A stretch of 32,000 bases of DNA from Candidatus Nitrosopumilus koreensis AR1 (GTDB lineage Archaea > Thermoproteota > Nitrososphaeria > Nitrososphaerales > Nitrosopumilaceae), in assembly GCF_000299365.1 (NCBI RefSeq), contig NC_018655.1:1500001-1532000 (forward strand), read 5' to 3'. Both the position numbers and the translations under genes were made by a program. Position 1 is the first letter of the stretch. Every line of letters begins with the position of its first letter. Shown piece after piece: positions 10,114-16,962 of this stretch. Under the pieces are notes generated by a model. The model searched no databases and had not been told where the DNA came from. It saw nothing but the letters and a program-made list of their open reading frames with translations.

Positions 10114-10350
10114 ATGTTTAATCCTTCAAAGAAAAAAACCAATGTTTCTGCAGAAGTTTTAGTAAATACAATCTGGGTTAGTTCATTTTTGGCAATGATT
10201 TTCACATTGCCACCATTAGGACTATTCCTAGGAATCTACTTTATCACAGGCGAATTAGTCATTGGGGCTGTAATTGGTTTTGGAGTACATTTTGTGATAC
10301 TAGCATTTTCAGGCAGGATTTCAAAGGCCATTACCAAGATCATGAGCTAA
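10114..10350 (+). CDS. Small two-TM membrane protein, unknown function
   Basis: 78 aa, starting 10 nt after the atpC stop. Two hydrophobic helices (IWVSSFLAMIFTLPPLGLFLGIYFI and LVIGAVIGFGVHFVILAF). It lacks the Gly/Ala-rich pattern of the ATPase c/K proteolipid. Confidence 0.6.
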   Translation: MFNPSKKKTNVSAEVLVNTIWVSSFLAMIFTLPPLGLFLGIYFITGELVIGAVIGFGVHFVILAFSGRISKAITKIMS

Positions 10351-10383
10351 ACCTTAAGAGATGAAAGGAGAAGGTAATGCATC

Positions 10384-11031
10384 ATGATGGGAGATAGAGA
10401 TTTTCGAACTACCATTCAAAATGCAATAAAATCAATTGGTAATGAATTAGAAATTGATATAGATTCAAAAGATATCCAAACTATACACCTTCAAGAAGTC
10501 GTCCGATGTATGAGACGTTCGTATTATGACAGAATAGATCCTCAAGAAATTGAAAGGAGGGGATTCAACGAGCTTCTTTCAGGATTATTAAGAAAATTGC
10601 AATATGGTAGCGACCCAAAGAATTTTGATATTAATGATATCAAACTCCAAGGACAAGCAGATATGATTGTAGATGATGCAATTCTTTTATTCAGATCAGC
10701 TACTGAAGAATTAGAAAACCCTCATGCAAGTGATGTGTTGTATCTTAATGCATGTATGTGGATATATGACAAAGAAGACGGAATTATTGTATACATTACA
10801 GGAGATAGAAAAGAAACAACATTCTCATTAACACGTAACAAAAAGATGTTTGAAGACACTATACGTAGAGTGAGAGTGTTAAACAATCTACTCAAAGAAC
10901 AAAAAGTACCAATCTTAGAGCCATCTACTGAATGTAGTGAGTGTCAATATTATGAAAGATGTTTTACAAAAAAGAAGAATACTAAACAGGTATCCCTATC
11001 AGAGATGTTAGGACTAGGCAAAAAAGATTAA
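10384..11031 (+). CDS. Cas4/RecB-like PD-(D/E)XK-fold protein with a four-cysteine Fe-S signature (stand-alone)
   Basis: 215 aa. Has an N-terminal Cys (VVRC42MRRSYY) and a C-terminal C184-x2-C187-x5-C193 (ECSECQYYERC). This is the cysteine pattern of the Cas4/AddB/Dna2 iron-sulfur nuclease domain. GQADMIV resembles motif II. No clear E-x-K motif is visible (LLFRSA sits at the expected place). Confidence 0.6.
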   Translation: MMGDRDFRTTIQNAIKSIGNELEIDIDSKDIQTIHLQEVVRCMRRSYYDRIDPQEIERRGFNELLSGLLRKLQYGSDPKNFDINDIKLQGQADMIVDDAILLFRSATEELENPHASDVLYLNACMWIYDKEDGIIVYITGDRKETTFSLTRNKKMFEDTIRRVRVLNNLLKEQKVPILEPSTECSECQYYERCFTKKKNTKQVSLSEMLGLGKKD

Positions 11032-11073
11032 CCTAGATAAATGAAAAATATTGTAAAGGAAAAATTCCTTTGT

Positions 11074-11184
11074 TTAATCTAGTGGTTCAGGGTGTCCTTT
11101 ACCACGAAGAGCGAAACACACTACTGCTAGTGCAATTGCGACTCCTGCTGCTGCGCCGAATGCGGCCATTCCTGCTTCTGCCAT
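11074..11184 (-). CDS. Hand-found 36-aa single-TM micro-protein
   Basis: Below the ORF-track cutoff. The minus-strand ATG at 11184 gives MAEAGMAAFGAAAGVAIALAVVCFALRGKGHPEPLD, ending at TAA 11076..11074. TTATAAAA lies at -32..-25. This ORF accounts for the locally GC-rich patch. Confidence 0.45.
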   Translation of the reverse strand: MAEAGMAAFGAAAGVAIALAVVCFALRGKGHPEPLD

Positions 11185-11208
11185 TTGATAAAAGCCCAAT
11201 GAAATGGC

Positions 11209-11216
11209 TTTTATAA
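11209..11216 (-). promoter_or_regulatory. Putative TATA box for the 36-aa micro-ORF, embedded in an 8-bp-stem hairpin (11189..11213)
   Basis: Minus-strand TTATAAAA with leaderless spacing to ATG 11184. The forward strand reads TAAAAGCC-caatgaaat-GGCTTTTA, a perfect inverted repeat followed by a T-run on either strand. It could also serve as a bidirectional terminator. Confidence 0.3.
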
Positions 11217-11273
11217 CTTTGCCAATATTTTGCTTCTAAAAACAAATTATCATAATTTTAAAATTTTATGATA

Positions 11274-11828
11274 CTATTGGGTAAATTCAAAATGAAGTTG
11301 GTTTTCTTGTCCACTTGTCATAGAACTCAAATTGTAAAACACATCACCAGAAACTTTCCAAGTATTAGCGTTAGATTCAAAAGCAGACCACAATTCAGGA
11401 GTATTACCAGAATTTCTCAACACAATTTCATCTCGCAATATGATAGAATTTTCACCAAGCAAAGTATAGTAGTTTGAACCGAATTCAACCATTCCTTCAG
11501 CCCTATGTCCAATTTGACCTCCACCTATTTGCTCAGATTCAGAATACCCTGTCTCAAATAATTGATAATCCATAGTTGTAACAATCATAGAACGAGTGTT
11601 AGGATTTGAAATTTTAAATGCGATATCAATTGTAGCAGAACGCTCTGATATTTTTGAAACATTAATCTCTTCTAATGTAATTTGAAGAGGTTCTACTTGG
11701 GAAGCAATTGGAGTGTTACCGGTTTGTTCTTTAGATTCTAAAGTAATTGAGGGTCCCATCAAAAGAATACCACCTAATACGGCAGCAAGTGCTGCAATTG
11801 CAATTCCAACAAAAACCTTAGGATTCAT
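11274..11828 (-). CDS. Membrane-anchored WHy/LEA_2-like (LEA14-type) beta-sandwich protein
   Basis: 184 aa with an N-terminal TM anchor (VFVGIAIAALAAVLGGILLM). This is followed by ATIDIAFKISNPNTRSMIVTTMDYQLF, the strand-NPN-strand hallmark of LEA_2/WHy domains. Confidence 0.55.
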   Translation of the reverse strand: MNPKVFVGIAIAALAAVLGGILLMGPSITLESKEQTGNTPIASQVEPLQITLEEINVSKISERSATIDIAFKISNPNTRSMIVTTMDYQLFETGYSESEQIGGGQIGHRAEGMVEFGSNYYTLLGENSIILRDEIVLRNSGNTPELWSAFESNANTWKVSGDVFYNLSSMTSGQENQLHFEFTQ

Positions 11829-11879
11829 AATTTTGAAGACTCTTTAGATATCTTAAATGTTGAGATAGTTATTATACCA

Positions 11880-12248
11880 TTGGGAGTAGAAAAAATTATG
11901 CAGTATTTTCAAGCAGTACAACAGGGAAAACAACGAGCAGGGAAATCACAAATGAAGATGTTTAAAGCAGCAGGGTTTGGAATGCTAACTTTAACTACTA
12001 AAAAAATTGATGGTAATTTTCAGCCTGTTGGAGATGAAGATTTTACTGCAGTAATCAATTCGCCAGAAGGATATGTAGCTATAATTGTAGACAATGATGG
12101 ATACACAAAAGCTCAATCAAAGGCAGTAGAAAAGGAAGAGGCTCTATCAATTTACAAAAAACTCAGAGAATTAGGAATGGATGAATATGCAGGAAAAGAG
12201 ATTCAGATTTGGTCAGAGACAAGACCTACAATTCAAAATGAATCTTAA
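11880..12248 (+). CDS. Hypothetical protein
   Basis: 122 aa ORF with no recognisable motif. The start is ambiguous (TTG 11880 or ATG 11898), and each has a TATA-like element about 26 nt upstream. Convergent with pyrH, with 5 nt between the stops. Confidence 0.55.
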   Translation: MGVEKIMQYFQAVQQGKQRAGKSQMKMFKAAGFGMLTLTTKKIDGNFQPVGDEDFTAVINSPEGYVAIIVDNDGYTKAQSKAVEKEEALSIYKKLRELGMDEYAGKEIQIWSETRPTIQNES

Positions 12249-12253
12249 AAAAA

Positions 12254-12937
12254 TTATTTTGTTGGAATAATTATCTCAGTTCCCAAATTGCTACCCTTAA
12301 TGGCTTTTTCTATAATTTTTGGGCTGGCTTTAAGAATTCGTGTTTTAATTTTTGAGCGCTCAATGATTTTTAGAGCAACTATATCCATCAAATCATATCC
12401 TCCAGCAATTGAATCCTCATGAACTAACATATTTTTGAGATTTTTTAGTTCAATTCGTTTGAATTTTTTTGCTTTTTTGAATTTGTTTGGATCCATGTCA
12501 TAGACTCCATCAACATCAGTAGCGTTAAGAAATTGCTCAGCTTTTACTTTTTCAGCAATCAATGCTGCAGTACCATTTGTACTTTGACCAGGATGTAACC
12601 CTCCTGTAACAACAATTAATCCATCATCTACGGCATGTCTAACTTCTTGAAGAGTGGTTGGTGGATGAGAATATGCCTTATTTTTTAGAGCATAAATCAA
12701 GAGTTTTGCATTTAGTCGAGAAATCTCAATTCCTAATTCATCAAGAGTTGATTCATCTGCACCAGATGATCTTGCATGATTAATGTAATGTCTAGCTATA
12801 TTTCCACCTCCAGCAACAATGATAGGCTGACAAACTTTGCTGATTTTTACTAAGAATTCTGCCCAATCTTTTAGAAGTTTAACATTATCCATAGCAAAAA
12901 CTCTACCAGATAATTTGATTACAATTCTTTTTTTCAT
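12254..12937 (-). CDS. pyrH: Uridylate (UMP) kinase, archaeal type
   Basis: 227 aa. Amino-acid-kinase fold motifs [40 protein letters not shown] and [12 protein letters not shown]. The start overlaps the HD gene stop as ATGA. Confidence 0.92.
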   Translation of the reverse strand: MKKRIVIKLSGRVFAMDNVKLLKDWAEFLVKISKVCQPIIVAGGGNIARHYINHARSSGADESTLDELGIEISRLNAKLLIYALKNKAYSHPPTTLQEVRHAVDDGLIVVTGGLHPGQSTNGTAALIAEKVKAEQFLNATDVDGVYDMDPNKFKKAKKFKRIELKNLKNMLVHEDSIAGGYDLMDIVALKIIERSKIKTRILKASPKIIEKAIKGSNLGTEIIIPTK

Positions 12938-14168
12938 TCTAGTTCACCAATGATGGATTTTGCGGCAATTTCAACTTTTTTTCTGTTCTTTTGAGAGGTA
13001 TAGATTCTAAGAATGTTCATGAATCCCGAAATAGCAGAAACAACAGGAATTTCTGATATAGGCATCTCTTTTGCAGAAGATTTTCCGTTCTCGTTTGTGA
13101 TCAGAATAACAGATTTTGATTCATTTTTGGATGGTGCAAGTGGAATTGAAGGTGTAACTGAGCTATCAACAAAAATCTCATTTTCTGAAACTTTGGATTT
13201 TTTAGAAATGATAGTTCTTAGTTCGTTTGTTTTTGTTTTCTTTAGATTTTTTCTACTTGTTAGAATACTCTCAAATACACATTTTAACAATTTTCTATTT
13301 TGGTAGTCTTGTGCAAATTTTCTTGCTCGTTTCAATTTAGAAGATTTTGATGATATTAAACTAGAAAGAATGTATTCGTCTGTTAGTTGGATAAATTCAT
13401 CTATGCTAAAAGTGGAAAATCCAAATTCATCATCTGAAGATCTTAATGCCTCAAGTAACATAACTTCAGCTGCTCTGACGGTCTTATGAAAATAAACTGC
13501 TTTGAACATTTGATATCTTGAATGCATCATTGATTCAAAAGAGTACAATGCTGAACGTTCTAAGGCAAGTTTCTTTTTATTAACATCAAGGGATTGTGTA
13601 ATTCTTTTATGATCAATTTTTGCATGTTCTGCTCCTGTAAAATATCCATCTCTAAGTAAATAATCCATCATATCTGCACTAAGAGCGCCTGAAACAATTT
13701 CGTTTAGGTATTGAAATTTTGAATCACCAAACGCAATTTTTGTTACAAGTTTTTTATCAAATCCATTTTTTGTCAAGATGTCACCAATTTCAGATTTTAA
13801 AATAATCTCTTTGCCAAAATCTTCATGAGAGATTTTCTTTTCTTGAATTATCTCTTCAAATAAATGTGAAAATGGTCCATGACCAATATCATGTAAAAGA
13901 CCTGCTAATCGTAGGATCTCAATATCATCAGATTTGAGAAATCCTTTCTCATTTAATGTGTGACCTGCCTGACTTGCAATATGCATAACTCCAAGAGAGT
14001 GTTCGAATCTTGTATGCTGAGCAGCAGGGTATGTTAGATGAGCTCCAGATAGTTGTCTTATTCTTCTTAATCTCTGAAAAATCGGATTATCAATTATGGA
14101 TAATTCATGGTCATATACTCGTATAAAATCATGAATCGGATCTATTATGTCTAGATAATTTTTTTCAT
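12934..14168 (-). CDS. HD-domain phosphohydrolase (COG1078 / SAMHD1-like dNTPase family); 5' end irregular
   Basis: The ORF track gives 12934..13986, containing [12 protein letters not shown]. The same frame is open to 14172 and encodes DPIHDFI...[31 protein letters not shown], the conserved N-terminus, with no ATG, GTG or TTG. ATG 14168 overlaps the tmk stop (ATGA) but needs a -1 shift on an A7 run. See the corresponding finding. Confidence 0.8.
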
Positions 14169-14746
14169 AGTCCTATTTTCTTTGAAAATGTTTTCATAAT
14201 TTCTTCATGTACTTCTTGTTTAGGTTTTGACGCATCGATTATTTTCCAATGTTTTTTCTTTGCAGTATTTTTATAGATTTTAGAAATTTTTCTCAAAAAT
14301 TCTTTATTTTTTTCAAATTTATCTCGGTTGGTTTTTTGTCGGTTAAAAGATTCTTTTTGAGTTACATCAAGCAAGATCACCAGATCTGCTTTTGGCAACC
14401 CTGCATCTAGATTTTCTAACCATTTTTGTTTCATACCATTGGCCAAACCATAGATGAGGTTTGAATGATAATATCTATTCATTATAAGAACAGAATTTTT
14501 TTCTTGTGCATCTAATATTTGGTCTAATTTTTCCCACCTATTTGCAGCTAAAAGACAATGAATTACTTGTGGTGGAAATTTTCTTTTTCCATCAAGATAT
14601 TTTCTAATTTCTTTTCCAACAGGAGTGGTATAGTCTGGAAAATGAAATAGTTTAGTTTTGATTTTCCTTTTTTTGAGTGCTTTTTCTAACATAGTTGATT
14701 GTGTTAATTTTCCTGCTTGATCTCCGCCTTCAATTACAATTATCAT
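14165..14746 (-). CDS. tmk: Thymidylate (dTMP) kinase
   Basis: 193 aa. P-loop IVIEGGDQAGKLTQ, a DRY-like NRYYHSNLIYG region and a lid region; overall Tmk length and layout. Confidence 0.88.
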   Translation of the reverse strand: MIIVIEGGDQAGKLTQSTMLEKALKKRKIKTKLFHFPDYTTPVGKEIRKYLDGKRKFPPQVIHCLLAANRWEKLDQILDAQEKNSVLIMNRYYHSNLIYGLANGMKQKWLENLDAGLPKADLVILLDVTQKESFNRQKTNRDKFEKNKEFLRKISKIYKNTAKKKHWKIIDASKPKQEVHEEIMKTFSKKIGL

Positions 14747-14816
14747 AAGTTATCAGAACAGAGAAATTAATTAATTAAAAATCTATCAAAGCAAATTCTT
14801 GAGAATTTACGAATTG

Positions 14817-14824
14817 TTTAATAT
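14817..14824 (+). promoter_or_regulatory. Putative TATA box for the C2H2 micro-ORF
   Basis: TTTAATAT at -29..-22 from ATG 14846 (leaderless spacing). Confidence 0.35.
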
Positions 14825-14845
14825 CTTCGTAAAATAATTCAAGAT

Positions 14846-14968
14846 ATGGCTGAAAAGTACACATGTCCTTATTGCGAATCAATTTTTGAGAGTAAAGATG
14901 ACCTTTCAAAGCATATAGATAGAATTCATGGAGATTCCGGAGTTTTAGAAGGCTCAAAATCATCCTAA
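14846..14968 (+). CDS. Hand-found 40-aa classical C2H2 zinc-finger micro-protein
   Basis: MAEKYTCPYCESIFESKDDLSKHIDRIHGDSGVLEGSKSS matches Y-x-C-x2-C-x3-F-x5-L-x2-H-x4-H exactly. A TATA lies at the correct distance upstream, and a T-run (14971..14982) follows the stop. It is preferred over the antisense 84-aa track ORF 14775..15029, which has no motif. Confidence 0.55.
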   Translation: MAEKYTCPYCESIFESKDDLSKHIDRIHGDSGVLEGSKSS

Positions 14969-14970
14969 AC

Positions 14971-14982
14971 TTTTTTGTTTTT
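14971..14982 (+). terminator. Oligo-T tract after the C2H2 micro-ORF
   Basis: TTTTTTGTTTTT begins 3 nt after TAA 14966..14968. Confidence 0.3.
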
Positions 14983-15000
14983 CCAAAATTTCCATTAAGG

Positions 15001-15007
15001 TTTATAA
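15001..15007 (+). promoter_or_regulatory. Putative hsp20 TATA box
   Basis: TTTATAA at -32..-26 from ATG 15033. Confidence 0.35.
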
Positions 15008-15032
15008 CCAAAAATTTGCCACATAACACGAA

Positions 15033-15413
15033 ATGGGACTAGTAAAAGAAGTGATAAAAGAGATCGGAAACAAATCACGAGAATTCTATGAGTTTGTTTT
15101 ACCACCAATTGATATGTATCTTAATTCGGATAATCTTAAAGTAATTATTGACATTCCAGGATTCTCAAAAAAAGACATCAAACTTACTTTATGTGGAGAT
15201 ATTCTTTCAATTCAATCATGCAAAAAAGTAGATGAGAAAGAATCTGAATCATTGATTTTAAAACAGAGACCAAATATCATTGATAAAAAAATTAGACTTC
15301 CAATAGATATCAAACAAGGAGAAGAAAAAATTGATTCAGCAAAATACGAAGATGGTGTGTTAACGCTTGTAATTCCTGTAACCAAGAAAGGAAAAGATAT
15401 CTCAATAGAATAA
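15033..15413 (+). CDS. hsp20: Small heat-shock protein, Hsp20/alpha-crystallin family
   Basis: 126 aa. Alpha-crystallin-domain pattern PPIDMYLNSDNLKVIIDIPGFSKKDIKLTL...AKYEDGVLTLVIPV. Confidence 0.9.
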   Translation: MGLVKEVIKEIGNKSREFYEFVLPPIDMYLNSDNLKVIIDIPGFSKKDIKLTLCGDILSIQSCKKVDEKESESLILKQRPNIIDKKIRLPIDIKQGEEKIDSAKYEDGVLTLVIPVTKKGKDISIE

Positions 15414-15414
15414 A

Positions 15415-16959
15415 CTAGTGTTTTCTAAAAATTGCAGAGCATATCATTATCAAACCAGAAGTAAGCATTCCAGTCATTCCTAGAACTTCATTTGTTTGGT
15501 ATAACAATACAGAACCAACAAAAATTGCGGATGCAAAAATACTTCCACCAAGAAAGACCATAGGTTTCTTTTTTTGCATAAAGATTTCAGCTTCATCCAT
15601 AAATTTTTCCATTTCAGGTCCTAATCGTAATGCAGAATCAATTGATTTAGAAAATTTTTCAAATGAAATCTTTAATTCTTCAACATAAGCTTTTGGGATC
15701 ATGTTTTCTTCTTGCAGTATGTTTCGCAAGACTTTGACAAACTTGAAATCAACATCATGTGTTTTGTAAATCCCTTCAATAATTGATGCCATTCTCATGT
15801 ACAAAGCTAGGTTTTTTGGTAAAACGAAAGGAAATTTGCTCATCGTTTGATTTGCAAGTTCCATTAGGCTTTGAACTTCCATCTCATCAGGTTTGTTTCC
15901 ATACATTGCACGAATTGATAATTCAATACCTTTTTCGATAACTTGTCTATTGTATCCAGGAGTAAGCATTCCTAATTCTGCCATTGCATTGACTACTCTA
16001 GGAGGATTTTTTTCAACTAATGCAAGATACAGCCTAATGAGTTTGTATCTTGTTTCATTATTTATTCTCCCTACCATTCCATAGTCATATAGAATCAGTT
16101 TTCCATCATCAGTTACTGAAATATTTCCTGGATGAGGATCTGCATGGAAAATGGAATGTTTGAGAAGCATTGTAAAAAAGACCTTATGGACATCAATCAC
16201 TAATTGCTCTCTGTCAACACCTTTCTCATCAAGTGCTTGCACATTTGTAACCTTGATTCCAGGCAAATATTCCATAGTTAGAACGTTTTTTGATGAATAT
16301 TCGTCATAAACGGAGGGAACTAGCACTTTATCATTATTTTCCATATCTTGTTTGATTTTTTTCAGATTCTCAGATTCGTTTGTATAGTCCATCTCTTCAC
16401 GAATGGTTTCAATGAATTGAGATAGCATGGCTTTTGCAGAATATCTAAGATTGGGATCAACAAATCTCAAAGCTAGTGGCAAAATTTTCTTTAAGACTTT
16501 GAGGTCTTCTCGTACAATTTCTTCAATACCAGGTCTTTTTACTTTAATGACGATTTGCTGACCAGAGATAGAACCACGATACACTTGTCCTAAAGATGCA
16601 CCAGATATAGAATTTGTATCAATATCGTCAAATTTTTCATTAATTGGTCCCAAATCTTTTTCGATGATTGGTTTTACTTGTTCAAATGGAGCAGATGGTA
16701 CACTATCTTGTAATTTAGATAATTCTTCAAGATATGGTTGAGGCAGAATGTCTGCTCTAGAAGATAGCCATTGTCCTAGTTTGATGTATACAGGTCCCAA
16801 AGAAACAAAAGTGTCAAGAGCTTTTCGTGCATTTTTTCTAAATTGTTCAGAATCTATTGTATTTTTTTCTTGTTGTGCCCATTTTTTTCTATCTTTACGT
16901 AGAGCCAAAATAGATGGCAAGAGTTTGACCAATACATAAATTGTTCTTCCAGCAGACAT
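15415..16959 (-). CDS. ABC1/UbiB (AarF) atypical protein-kinase family protein with C-terminal TM helices
   Basis: 514 aa. LGPVYIKLGQWLSSRADILPQPYLEELSKLQDSVP, GASLGQVYRG, HADPHPGNI and ILYDYGMVG are UbiB/ABC1 signatures. The C-terminus is hydrophobic. Confidence 0.9.
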   Translation of the reverse strand: MSAGRTIYVLVKLLPSILALRKDRKKWAQQEKNTIDSEQFRKNARKALDTFVSLGPVYIKLGQWLSSRADILPQPYLEELSKLQDSVPSAPFEQVKPIIEKDLGPINEKFDDIDTNSISGASLGQVYRGSISGQQIVIKVKRPGIEEIVREDLKVLKKILPLALRFVDPNLRYSAKAMLSQFIETIREEMDYTNESENLKKIKQDMENNDKVLVPSVYDEYSSKNVLTMEYLPGIKVTNVQALDEKGVDREQLVIDVHKVFFTMLLKHSIFHADPHPGNISVTDDGKLILYDYGMVGRINNETRYKLIRLYLALVEKNPPRVVNAMAELGMLTPGYNRQVIEKGIELSIRAMYGNKPDEMEVQSLMELANQTMSKFPFVLPKNLALYMRMASIIEGIYKTHDVDFKFVKVLRNILQEENMIPKAYVEELKISFEKFSKSIDSALRLGPEMEKFMDEAEIFMQKKKPMVFLGGSIFASAIFVGSVLLYQTNEVLGMTGMLTSGLIMICSAIFRKH

Positions 16960-16962
16960 TGC

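Noticed and set aside
11090-11190. GC-rich patch considered as a tRNA or other structured RNA
   Set aside because: I could not fold it into a cloverleaf; there are no acceptor or T-arm-like pairings. The GC content is fully explained by Ala/Gly codons of a clean 36-codon ORF.
10384-11273. Search for a CRISPR array or other cas genes near the Cas4-like gene
   Set aside because: I saw no direct repeats with regular spacers anywhere in the window. The flanking genes are ATPase and membrane-protein genes.
12254-14746. tmk / SAMHD1-like HD dNTPase / pyrH considered as an anti-viral nucleotide-depletion defence cassette
   Set aside because: All three are core nucleotide-metabolism enzymes joined by ATGA overlaps. 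There are no neighbouring defence, mobility or toxin-like genes. A housekeeping dNTP-pool operon is the simpler reading.
14775-15029. 84-aa minus-strand ORF from the track
   Set aside because: It has no motif or domain-like pattern. The opposite strand encodes a perfect C2H2 finger with a correctly spaced TATA and a T-run terminator, so the minus-strand frame is more likely a shadow ORF.
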